42,813 bases of DNA from Clostridiaceae bacterium (GTDB lineage: Bacteria; Bacillota; Clostridia; Saccharofermentanales; Fastidiosipilaceae): positions 1 through 42,813 of the forward strand of contig JAAZJE010000008.1 in assembly GCA_012800515.1 (NCBI GenBank), given 5' to 3'. A model generated the notes under the pieces. It was not told where the DNA came from. It did not search any database and was given only the letters and a program-made list of their open reading frames with translations. The translations under genes were made by a program, and so were the position numbers. Below are positions 34,838 to 42,813 of this stretch, one piece after another. Position 1 is the first letter of the stretch; every line of letters starts with the position of its first letter.

Positions 34838-36886
34838 TTAATCCCGCTGCATACGCAGCTTTTTCATCAGGTTCCGCGACTCCGGCAGATCGAGGCGGTT
34901 CGTCAACAAAATGTATACCAGAGCCGCCAGCACAAAGCGCAAAGCCAGCCAAATCAGCTGAACCAACTTGCTCATCGGACTGAGTAGCGGCGTCAACAGA
35001 CCAAACAGGTACAAAATCACGGCGGACACGGCCGCGGAACCCCCCGCCTTTAACAAAAAGACCGAGAGATTGCGCGGGCGACGCTGCGGGAAGTAATGCT
35101 TATAGGCCGACAGCAGAATCAACATCAGAGCGAAGCTGGACATAAGGAAGGAGAACGAAAGCGAACTCGGTCCCATGGCCGTGTGCTGAGTCAAGATATA
35201 GCCGCCGATCCCGGTGATGAGCAATGAGGCCAGGCCGGCAATCAACGGTACTTTGGTCAGATTGGCAGCATAGAAGGCATTGTTCATCAGGTTCACCACA
35301 GTATGCGTAATGATGGCGAAACAGTAGAAGCTGAGGATGACGGCGATCGATTTTATCGCATTGTCCGAGACCTTCCCCCACTGGAAAATCCCCTGTGCCA
35401 CATCGAAGCGCGCCGCAAAAAAGAACAGACCGGAGGGAATTGTCAAGTAGAGCGCCCGCCGCAGGCTGTCGCTCAATAGGATTGAGGAACGGCGATCGTC
35501 GCCGACGGCATCGAGCTCGGAAAGCTGCGGCAACATGACTTTGCTGACGGCAACGGCGAAAATACCCCAGGGCAAATGCCAGGTAACCACCGCATTGCGA
35601 TGGAAGGCCGGCGTACCTTCGGGGAAGACTTTCATAAAAGCATTTATGACTATTGTATTCACTTGGGGAATCGAAGCGGAAATCAGGGTAGGCAGAGCAA
35701 TGGCCAGCAAACTGCGGAAGCCGGGATCGCGCCAGTCCAGCGAGGGACGAAAATAGCGGAGCTCGTGCCGGGCAATCGCCGCCTGCCAGAGAAAATATCC
35801 CAATGCCGACAGCGTAACGCCGAGTGCCGCCATGTTCAATCCCGTGGCGGACGGACCGCCGAGGAGAGCGATACTGAGCACAACGCCCAAATTATAGAGC
35901 GCGGGTGCAAAGGCCGTCGCCGTAAAGCGCTGATGAGCGTTCAATATGCCCATCGACAGGGCGGCCAGCATCATGAATATGACCTGCGGGAAGAGCATAC
36001 GCGCCACACCGGTCGCATAAGCTACGGCTTCGGGATGAGCAATCATACTCATCAGCGAACCGGCAAGAATTTCTCCAAGGACGACCGCCGTGAAGGTAAT
36101 CAGTCCGGCGAAAGTAATGAAAATGCTCAGCGCCCGCCAGCCCTTTCGCTCCTCGCCTTTGCGCAGAGCTCCGGAGAGCCAGGGGATAATCGCCGCCTGA
36201 ATCGAACCGCCGATCAAAAGCTGATAAATCAGATCGGGCAGAAGGAAGCCCTGAACAAAGGCTTCGGAAAAGCGTCCTTCTCCGAAAGTAGGAATTACTA
36301 AAATTTCCCGAAGTTGGCCAATCAGCTTACTGAGGATGAGGCCCAACATCACGATAGCGGTATTGCGTGTGATATTACGCTTCCCTCGCTCGGACTCTCT
36401 ACCCTTCGTACTTGTCGGTTCTCCGGACAGAATTGTCGCCCGGTCGCGAGCCTCACCCCCGGTCAGGGTGGTAGCTGTGGTTCTCCCCCGCAGGTCTCGG
36501 CGCTCGGAGAGTTCGCCCGTGCGGAGACGCGCCTTGCGCCCCTGAATAAAAGTCGAAGCAATCCGCCCGGTCTTTGGATCAATAACCCGACGGAACGGCG
36601 GCGGCTCGGTCAGGGGCAACGCAGGGTATCGTTCGGGAGTCCGGTTATACTCGCGCCGATATTCTTCGGTTTCGGCAAGGACATCCTTCCAGGAATACCC
36701 TTCATTTATGCTATCTCGTAATGACGTTATCCTGTAATGTCTTTTAGGGCTACGGTCATGGAATGTACCAAAGTCTCTCCTATCGGCGCTATCCGCCCAG
36801 ATCTCCTCTTCCGTACGCTGGATAGCACCGCTCATAGCTTGATCTAAAACCTCAATCAGCGGGCGCAGATATTTGAACTCTGTCAT
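34838..36886 (-). CDS. murJ: MurJ/MviN-type lipid II flippase (MOP superfamily) with an N-terminal soluble extension of about 175 aa
   Basis: Start at ATG 36886 with GGAG 7 nt upstream. The C-terminal ~505 aa are polytopic, with MurJ-like SKLIGQLREILVIPTFGEGRFSEAFVQGFLLPDLIYQLLIGGSIQAAIIPWLS. Residues 1 to about 175 are R/E/T-rich and non-hydrophobic. Confidence 0.75.
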   Translation of the reverse strand: MTEFKYLRPLIEVLDQAMSGAIQRTEEEIWADSADRRDFGTFHDRSPKRHYRITSLRDSINEGYSWKDVLAETEEYRREYNRTPERYPALPLTEPPPFRRVIDPKTGRIASTFIQGRKARLRTGELSERRDLRGRTTATTLTGGEARDRATILSGEPTSTKGRESERGKRNITRNTAIVMLGLILSKLIGQLREILVIPTFGEGRFSEAFVQGFLLPDLIYQLLIGGSIQAAIIPWLSGALRKGEERKGWRALSIFITFAGLITFTAVVLGEILAGSLMSMIAHPEAVAYATGVARMLFPQVIFMMLAALSMGILNAHQRFTATAFAPALYNLGVVLSIALLGGPSATGLNMAALGVTLSALGYFLWQAAIARHELRYFRPSLDWRDPGFRSLLAIALPTLISASIPQVNTIVINAFMKVFPEGTPAFHRNAVVTWHLPWGIFAVAVSKVMLPQLSELDAVGDDRRSSILLSDSLRRALYLTIPSGLFFFAARFDVAQGIFQWGKVSDNAIKSIAVILSFYCFAIITHTVVNLMNNAFYAANLTKVPLIAGLASLLITGIGGYILTQHTAMGPSSLSFSFLMSSFALMLILLSAYKHYFPQRRPRNLSVFLLKAGGSAAVSAVILYLFGLLTPLLSPMSKLVQLIWLALRFVLAALVYILLTNRLDLPESRNLMKKLRMQRD

Positions 36887-36907
36887 ATCCCTTCTCCGCA
36901 CCGCCGT

Positions 36908-38224
36908 TTACCTCAAATAACTCTCGGAACAATTAATCAAACGATATAAAAGCGCCAGGGCATTTGTCGCGGTTAGAGAACGGATTCTCTGCCGTTCACC
37001 CCGGAAAATAAATTTCTCGCAGCATCCCTCCGGCTCGATTCCTCCGGCAAGAGCGATATATACCAGTCCGACCGGCTTGGTCTCCGTGCCTCCTTCGGGT
37101 CCGGCAATGCCGGTCACGGCGAGTGCGTAATCGCTGCCGAAGCGTTCGCGACAACCGAGAGCCATCTGCAAAGCGACCGTTTCGCTGACCGCTCCTTCTT
37201 CCGCCAAAACCCGCGGCGCAACACCCAGGAATTTCTCCTTGGCCGAATTATCGTAGGCGACCACCGAGCCCAGAAAAACGCGTGAAGCTCCCGGGAAGGC
37301 AACCAGCTCGGAACTTATCAATCCTCCCGTGCAGGATTCGGCCATACCGAGTGTGCGTCCGTTTTTGAGTAACTCAGCCAAAACCACCTCCGGCAGACTG
37401 CGATTCCCCTCTTCATAAATGTATTTTTCCAAGCGGCGACGCACCTCGGCGGCGAGCGGTGCGAGCATATCTGCTTCCGCATCCGTCGCGCTTTTGTCCC
37501 GTCGTTGGGTCAGGCGAATCATCACCTCGCCCGGTGAAACATAAGTGGCTATCGACGGATTCCCGCTCTTTGCGACCAGGTCGGCTATCTCGTTCTCCGT
37601 CTGCGCCTCGCCAATACCGACCAGGTGGAAATAAATATGTCGGAATTCGGCGGCGGAATGTTCGGCCAGGAAAGGCGCCACATAGGCGGTGAACATCGGG
37701 CGATTCTCATTCGGCGGTCCCGGAAGCAGAATCAGTGTCCGGATTTTCCCGGCATAATCGACGGTAAATGCCACGCCCGGAGCGGTACCATTATGATTGG
37801 GAATGAGCCAGCACGGCAGGGGCAACAGCGCCTGTTTGCGATTATTCTCCGTCGGCGTACGCCCGGAGGCGGCGAAATAGGCGACGATCTCCTGCCAGGC
37901 CGATTCGGAAAAAGTCAACTCACGACCGGCAGCCCGCGCCGCCTGGGCCAGAGATATGTCGTCGGCCGTCGGCCCCAGACCGCCGGTAATAACCACGGCG
38001 TCATTGCGCTCCAACGCGACCTCGATCGCCTGCCGTAACCGTTCGGGATGATCCCCGACCACCGTCTGGTGATAACAATTAATGCCCAAATCGGCGAGCT
38101 GACGCGCCAGCCACCAGGCATTGGTATTCAAAACCTGACCCAGCAGAACCTCGGTTCCGCAGGCAATGATTTCGGCACTGTTCAAATTACCCGGATCTAC
38201 CAGTCCCGGCCCGTACTCAATCAC
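36908..38224 (-). CDS. cinA: CinA: competence/damage-inducible protein A (MoCF-binding domain plus PncC-type NMN amidohydrolase domain)
   Basis: Motifs: AEIIACGTEVLLGQVLNTNAWWL, VITGGLGPTADD, and C-terminal GMAESCTGGL...GIAGP. The GTG start overlaps the folD TGA (GTGA). Confidence 0.88.
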   Translation of the reverse strand: MIEYGPGLVDPGNLNSAEIIACGTEVLLGQVLNTNAWWLARQLADLGINCYHQTVVGDHPERLRQAIEVALERNDAVVITGGLGPTADDISLAQAARAAGRELTFSESAWQEIVAYFAASGRTPTENNRKQALLPLPCWLIPNHNGTAPGVAFTVDYAGKIRTLILLPGPPNENRPMFTAYVAPFLAEHSAAEFRHIYFHLVGIGEAQTENEIADLVAKSGNPSIATYVSPGEVMIRLTQRRDKSATDAEADMLAPLAAEVRRRLEKYIYEEGNRSLPEVVLAELLKNGRTLGMAESCTGGLISSELVAFPGASRVFLGSVVAYDNSAKEKFLGVAPRVLAEEGAVSETVALQMALGCRERFGSDYALAVTGIAGPEGGTETKPVGLVYIALAGGIEPEGCCEKFIFRGERQRIRSLTATNALALLYRLINCSESYLR

Positions 38225-39141
38225 AGATCGTTATGCTCCTTGAAAGCGGTCAGCGTATTGCGCAGAAGCATCGCGATCGTCATCGGACCGACTCCTCCCG
38301 GCACCGGCGTGATCGCCGCAACTTTGTCGGCCACGGACTTGAAGTCCACATCGCCGACGACTTTCCTGCCGACCCGGTTGATTCCGACGTCGATGACAAC
38401 AGCCCTTTCGTTGAAATCGTCGGCGCCGACCAGACCGGGCTGACCGGCGGCAACCACGACAATGTCGGCATTTCGACAGGCTGAACTCAGATCAACTGTT
38501 TTTGAATGGGCAACCGTCACAGTAGCGTTCGCAGCCAGCAGGAGGAGCGCCATCGGCTTGCCGACTATATTGCTCCGGCCTATGACCAGCGCCTTCTTAC
38601 CCGCGACATCGATACGATAACGACGCAAAATCTCCATAACTCCGGCCGGCGTGCAGGGCAGGAATTTCTGATTGCGTCCGAACAGCGCGGCCACATTCAA
38701 CGGATGGAAACAGTCCACATCCTTGCCCGGATCGATGGCATTGATCACCAACTGTTCACTTATATGCTTAGGCAGAGGCAGCTGAACCAAAATTCCATCC
38801 ACCTCCGGCGTATTATTTATACTCTCAATCAGATCCAGAACATCCTTCAGCGTAGCGTCTTCACTCAGGTGATAGCTGAAAGAGCGGATATTCGCCGCTT
38901 CACAGGCCCGCTTCTTATTATTCACGTAAATTGACGAAGCCGGATCTTCACCGACCTGAATCACCGCCAGACCGGGGGAACGGCCGACGACATCAGTCAA
39001 ATGCTGAGCTTCCAGTCGCACCTCTTCCCGTAGCAACTTGGCACAGAGTTTGCCGTCCAGGATCAACGCGCCTCCCGGCGTATACTCCGCCTCAATGCCC
39101 GCGGGCAAATTAACCGGATTTAATTTTCTGTCAGTACTCAT
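38221..39141 (-). CDS. folD: bifunctional methylenetetrahydrofolate dehydrogenase (NADP+)/methenyltetrahydrofolate cyclohydrolase
   Basis: Motifs: LAVIQVGEDPASSIYV, GILVQLPLP, VIGRSNIVGKPMALLL, TPVPGGVGPMTIAMLL. It has about 25 extra N-terminal residues relative to typical FolD. ATG 39141 has GGAG 7 nt upstream. Confidence 0.93.
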   Translation of the reverse strand: MSTDRKLNPVNLPAGIEAEYTPGGALILDGKLCAKLLREEVRLEAQHLTDVVGRSPGLAVIQVGEDPASSIYVNNKKRACEAANIRSFSYHLSEDATLKDVLDLIESINNTPEVDGILVQLPLPKHISEQLVINAIDPGKDVDCFHPLNVAALFGRNQKFLPCTPAGVMEILRRYRIDVAGKKALVIGRSNIVGKPMALLLLAANATVTVAHSKTVDLSSACRNADIVVVAAGQPGLVGADDFNERAVVIDVGINRVGRKVVGDVDFKSVADKVAAITPVPGGVGPMTIAMLLRNTLTAFKEHNDL

Positions 39142-39169
39142 ATTCTTACTCCTGTCTCCAGTAATTTTA

Positions 39170-42085
39170 TCACTGTTGTCCGCGCTTAAACTGCTCCAGC
39201 ATCGCCTGGTCGAATTGCAATTTGCGCGGTCGACTGCCGTCCCGCGGTCCGACCCAGCCCATCTGCTCCAGAGTATCGATCAGGCGCGCCGCGCGCGGAT
39301 AACCCACATTCAGGCGGCGCTGCAAAATCGATATCGAACCGTAGCCGGCATCCAGACAAATCTGAGCCGCGTCCGGCAGCAATTCATCCATCTCGTCCTC
39401 ACCGCTGCGATCGCCGCTCCCGGACAATAATTCATCCACGACCTCCATATGCTCCTCACTGTATCGCGGACCGCCCTGAGCCTTGATATACGACGTAAAC
39501 TTCTCCACGTCGCGAACGGATATAAAAGCTCCCTGGCCGCGAATCGGCTTCGACAAATGCTGCGGAGAATATAACATATCTCCGCGACCCAGCAGCTTCT
39601 CGGCACCGCCCATATCCAGCACGGTACGCGAGTCCACCTGCGAGGCGACGGCAAAGGCGATTCGCGAGGGAATATTCGCTTTGATCAGGCCGGTAATTAC
39701 ATCCACCGACGGACGCTGCGTTGCGACGATCAGGTGAATTCCCGCCGCCCGCGCTTTCGCGGTCAGTCGGGCGATATAGCTCTCCACCTCGTTTGCGGCC
39801 GTCATCATAAGGTCGGCCAACTCGTCAATCACCACCACCCAGAACGGCATATGCTCCAGTCCGTCTCGTTTGGCATACTCGTTATAACCGGCCAAATCGC
39901 GCACTCCGCATTCCGCAAAAATATTATATCGCGCGTCCATCTCCCTTACGACGGCTCCCAAAGTTTTGGCCGCTTTCTCCGGCTCGGTAACTACTGGCTC
40001 CACCAGGTGCGGTATATCTGCGTAAACACTCAGTTCAACTACCTTAGGATCAATCAGAATCAACCGCAAATCCTCCGGGCTCATCCGGCTCAGAATACTG
40101 GTCAGAATCGCATTGATACAGACTGACTTTCCCGATCCGGTCGCTCCGGCAATCAGCAAATGCGGCATCTTGGTCAAGTCGCAATACAGGGGCGCACCGG
40201 CAACGTCACGACCCAGCGCCGCCAACAGCGGTACTCTGCTGTTGCGGAACTGTTCATCGGCCAGGAGTTCTCGAATCCCGACCGTACTGATCTCTTTGTT
40301 GGCCATCTCGATGCCGATGACGGATTTTCCGGGTATCGGCGCTTCTATTCTCAAGCCCGTTGCCGCCAGACTCAGCGCGATATCGTCACTGAGAGAAACA
40401 ATCCGGCTGACTTTGACACCCACTCCCGGCATCAGTTCAAAACGCGTGATTGTCGGTCCGGAGGTGATATTCGTCACTTTCGCTTCAACGCCGAAACTCG
40501 CCAGCGTCTCCTCCAGGCGGCGACCGAGATCTCTGACAACTTTAACATTTGTAGCCGTCTTACCGGCCGGTTCCGGGCTCAGGAGATTGATCGGCGGCAG
40601 TTTCCAGGCGGGCTTCGGTTTGGATTCGGACTCGGCGGGCGCGACGAGCGCCGGCGAAGCTTTCTTTCCTGTTTGTCGCGCTTCGCTCCGTACCGCGGTC
40701 TCCTTAGTCTTTTGCGGCTCCGTGCGCGGCGGGGTTACGGTGACTTCCGACGCTGTCTCCATCCGGGTGGGAAGCGCCACATCTTCCAGGGTCATACGCC
40801 CGGCGGTACGTTCCAACATAGGCGCCTTACGCGGCCAATTGGTAATTACCGTACCCTCGGTATTTTTGCTCGTGCTGCGCGTGGGAATTACCGCGACTCT
40901 CGCTTCAGCTCGAATCTCGGGTCGCTTCGACGGTTCCAGGCGCGGTGGGGTCAATTGCCGATAAATCGGATCGTGAGCCGCCTCCGGTAGAGTCGCTCCG
41001 TTCCAGGACAAAGCCGGCGATTCCGCTGCGTCGGACGGCGACGCGGTACTGCTACCGACCAGAATAAATCCGCTCTTTGAACGCTCCGGCTTCACAAATT
41101 TCAGCGGCGGCACTCCGACCGACGCCGTTACCGTCGCCTGATCGATCCGCTCGGTATTAATTTCCCTAGCGGGCTGTTGCCACAGAGTTACCGCCGGCGT
41201 ATGCGCGGCGGCTGTTTCCGAGCCGCTCCCGTTCCCCGCCGCGACTCCGGCCGCAAAGGTGACGGGCCGCACGACTTTGTCGTCCGCGGAATCTTGATTC
41301 TCACCCGGCGTGCCTTCGCCTGCCGCCGCAAGCTCGGCTACCGCCTCCTCCGCGATCCTCGCCGCCTCCGCGGCTTCCGCCTCGGACAAAGCTTTCCGCT
41401 CCGCCCGTCCGACGCGCCAATTGCCGAAAGCATGACGCAGACGGGAAACGACATTGCGTAGCGCCTGCCCCAGCTTAATACCCAAACCGGCAAAAGAAAG
41501 ATTGAAAATCAGCACGGCCTCGATAGCGATTGCCGCTCCGATAATAATAATCGCTCCGGTACGGCCACTCAGGGCAACCAGACCCATCGCCACCAGACCG
41601 CCGAAAAAGCCGCCTGACCATGCGCCCGGGCTCTTGCCGCCGATTGCCGCCTCCTGCCCCAATTTCCACAACGCCCCCAGGGTCGCCGCGGTCGACGGCG
41701 ACACATTATCTGTCGCCGTCCCGACGGTATCCGAACGCACCGCAAAGCTGAGGAAGTCCGCCAGCGACACCGTGATAACCTGGGCGAGCGCACCGATGAG
41801 CAAAGCCAAAAAAGTATAGTGCCAGACCCGCCACAGAGTCAGTTGACGGCGCTTATTCAATAAAAGATCGGCGGTAAATAACAGCAGGAGCGGCGGCAGA
41901 AGAAAAGCCACCACCCCGAAGAGCCCTTTGCTCAGCTGTGCCAAAGTCTTGCCGAGCACGCCGGTATACGGCACAGGCGGATAGATCGTCAACGCGGCGA
42001 GAATCGCCAGGGCAAACGTCGCCAAGGCCAGAGCCTCATAGACTCGACTGACTTTCCGGACTGTTCTCGGTTCTTCGCTAGCCAT
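39170..42085 (-). CDS. ftsK: DNA translocase FtsK/SpoIIIE
   Basis: N-terminal TM segments, a long P/A/T/E-rich linker, a motor domain (LLIAGATGSGKS, VVVIDELADL, ATQRPSVDVITG), and a C-terminal gamma winged helix (ILQRRLNVGYPRAARLIDTLE). Confidence 0.95.
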   Translation of the reverse strand: MASEEPRTVRKVSRVYEALALATFALAILAALTIYPPVPYTGVLGKTLAQLSKGLFGVVAFLLPPLLLLFTADLLLNKRRQLTLWRVWHYTFLALLIGALAQVITVSLADFLSFAVRSDTVGTATDNVSPSTAATLGALWKLGQEAAIGGKSPGAWSGGFFGGLVAMGLVALSGRTGAIIIIGAAIAIEAVLIFNLSFAGLGIKLGQALRNVVSRLRHAFGNWRVGRAERKALSEAEAAEAARIAEEAVAELAAAGEGTPGENQDSADDKVVRPVTFAAGVAAGNGSGSETAAAHTPAVTLWQQPAREINTERIDQATVTASVGVPPLKFVKPERSKSGFILVGSSTASPSDAAESPALSWNGATLPEAAHDPIYRQLTPPRLEPSKRPEIRAEARVAVIPTRSTSKNTEGTVITNWPRKAPMLERTAGRMTLEDVALPTRMETASEVTVTPPRTEPQKTKETAVRSEARQTGKKASPALVAPAESESKPKPAWKLPPINLLSPEPAGKTATNVKVVRDLGRRLEETLASFGVEAKVTNITSGPTITRFELMPGVGVKVSRIVSLSDDIALSLAATGLRIEAPIPGKSVIGIEMANKEISTVGIRELLADEQFRNSRVPLLAALGRDVAGAPLYCDLTKMPHLLIAGATGSGKSVCINAILTSILSRMSPEDLRLILIDPKVVELSVYADIPHLVEPVVTEPEKAAKTLGAVVREMDARYNIFAECGVRDLAGYNEYAKRDGLEHMPFWVVVIDELADLMMTAANEVESYIARLTAKARAAGIHLIVATQRPSVDVITGLIKANIPSRIAFAVASQVDSRTVLDMGGAEKLLGRGDMLYSPQHLSKPIRGQGAFISVRDVEKFTSYIKAQGGPRYSEEHMEVVDELLSGSGDRSGEDEMDELLPDAAQICLDAGYGSISILQRRLNVGYPRAARLIDTLEQMGWVGPRDGSRPRKLQFDQAMLEQFKRGQQ

Positions 42086-42106
42086 CGCTGTCCTTGTCGT
42101 AGGAGC

Positions 42107-42607
42107 TCAATCGCTCGGGATAGCCGCTCGCGCCAAAGCGTCACAGCGGTTATTGTATTCATGGTCGGCATGGGCCTTAACCTTGTTCCAGATCACAACA
42201 TGGCGTGCCTGCAGCTCATCCAATTTTTCCCACAAATCGCGGTTGCTGACCGGTACGCGCGCGGAATTCACCCAGCCGTTCTTCTTCCAATTCCGCAACC
42301 AATTCTGATTAAAGGCGTTTATAACATATGTGCTGTCGGAATAGACATCTACCTCGCAACGAAAACGCAACTGTCGCAGGCCTTCGATCACGGCCGTGAT
42401 CTCCATCCGATTATTCGTTGTTTCATTGACGCCGCCGGAAATTTCTTTTTCGTATTTGCCGAAAACCAGAATTGCCGCCCAGCCGCCCCTGCCCGGGTTA
42501 CCTGAGCAGGCACCGTCGGTATAGATTTGCACACGTTTCAATTGTTCGGTCATGCCGTCGTTTCCGGCCTTCTTTTCGGACATTAAATCTCTCCCAGCAA
42601 TGCTCAT
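42107..42607 (-). CDS. rnhA: ribonuclease HI
   Basis: Motifs: VQIYTDGACSGNPGRGGWAAIL, TTNNRMEITAVIEGL, VYSDSTYVINA, KVKAHADHEYNNRCDALA. The start is uncertain: Met codons at residues 1, 9 and 19 of the listed ORF are all possible, and Met19 gives the canonical length. Confidence 0.88.
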   Translation of the reverse strand: MSIAGRDLMSEKKAGNDGMTEQLKRVQIYTDGACSGNPGRGGWAAILVFGKYEKEISGGVNETTNNRMEITAVIEGLRQLRFRCEVDVYSDSTYVINAFNQNWLRNWKKNGWVNSARVPVSNRDLWEKLDELQARHVVIWNKVKAHADHEYNNRCDALARAAIPSD

Positions 42608-42672
42608 TTCTGAACGTTAAGTATATCAGGATATGCGCTTTTTTGCATCGATAGCCGCCGCTGCACCGCTGA

Positions 42673-42701
42673 TTGCCAAAATCATATTTCTGGGGTATTA
42701 T
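42673..42701 (+). promoter_or_regulatory. putative promoter of tRNA-Trp
   Basis: TTGCCA (42673-42678), a 17-nt spacer, then TATTAT (42696-42701), about 37 nt before the tRNA 5' end. Confidence 0.45.
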
Positions 42702-42738
42702 GTCACAAGCAGTTCGGGATTGCTCCCGGTTCTGACAT

Positions 42739-42813
42739 AGGGGAGTGGCTCAACGGTAGAGCAACGGTCTCCAAAACCGTCGGTTGCGCGTTCGAATCGT
42801 GTCTCCCCTGCCA
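42739..42813 (+). tRNA. tRNA-Trp (anticodon CCA), CCA encoded; ends at the window edge
   Basis: Hand fold. Acceptor AGGGGAG/CTCCCCT; D arm GCTC-AACGGTA-GAGC; anticodon stem ACGGT/ACCGT with loop CTCCAAA; T loop TTCGAAT; discriminator G followed by CCA. Confidence 0.93.

Noticed and set aside
39734-41819. Several 100-280 aa plus-strand ORFs antisense to ftsK (40113..40964, 40160..40990, 41454..41819).
   Set aside because: They lie opposite the low-complexity P/A/T/E-rich FtsK linker, and their translations are R/S/G-rich noise.
42608-42738. A dif-like or other recombination site near ftsK/rnhA, suggested by TTATGT in GGTATTATGTCACAAG.
   Set aside because: Only a 6-nt coincidence with the Firmicute dif right arm is present. 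The element is better explained as the -10 (TATTAT) of the tRNA-Trp promoter.
1-42813. A window-wide look for CRISPR repeats, IS elements or inverted terminal repeats, phage genes, retron/DGR reverse transcriptases and toxin-antitoxin pairs.
   Set aside because: None were seen. The only repeated DNA is the ceramidase-like tandem array, and every ORF over 150 aa that I accept has a housekeeping or envelope-type assignment.

Overview
This 42.8 kb window looks like part of a Firmicutes/Clostridia-type chromosome. Supporting signs are GGAGG ribosome-binding sites, acpP-rnc-smc-ftsY synteny, CCA-encoding tRNAs, GC in the mid-50s % by eye, and about 33 kb of uninterrupted minus-strand genes. Most of the content is core housekeeping. 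From left to right: a partial metallophosphoesterase, tRNA-Leu(CAA), an MntR/DtxR-type regulator, three tandem ceramidase-like paralogues, ppa, metNIQ, a galactofuranose-type cell-surface glycan locus (GT2, Wzy/ligase-like, GT4, glf, LicD-like) with a CDF metal transporter embedded in it, a HI0933/BaiN-type flavoprotein, a five-gene ABC/GldG-like/DUF4340-like envelope operon, an acyl-ACP thioesterase, a small membrane protein, ftsY, smc, rnc, acpP, pgsA, rimO, recX, recA, a MurJ-type flippase with a long N-terminal extension, cinA, folD, ftsK, rnhA and tRNA-Trp(CCA). I see no CRISPR array, transposase, integrase, prophage genes, toxin-antitoxin pair or recognisable defence genes, and intergenic gaps are all under about 170 bp, so no hidden gene-sized feature fits between the calls. 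Four things are not ordinary. (1) An old tandem triplication of a cytoplasmic neutral-ceramidase-like gene; its history can be reconstructed from a decayed ppa 5' fragment in one spacer. (2) A translationally coupled ABC-2 / GldG-like / DUF4340-like / membrane-anchored-protein operon of unknown function. (3) A MurJ-like flippase fused to an N-terminal soluble extension of about 175 aa, sitting between cinA and recA. (4) A RecA with atypical DNA-binding loops and a long acidic tail. All family assignments come from motif reading by eye, because no database search could be run.
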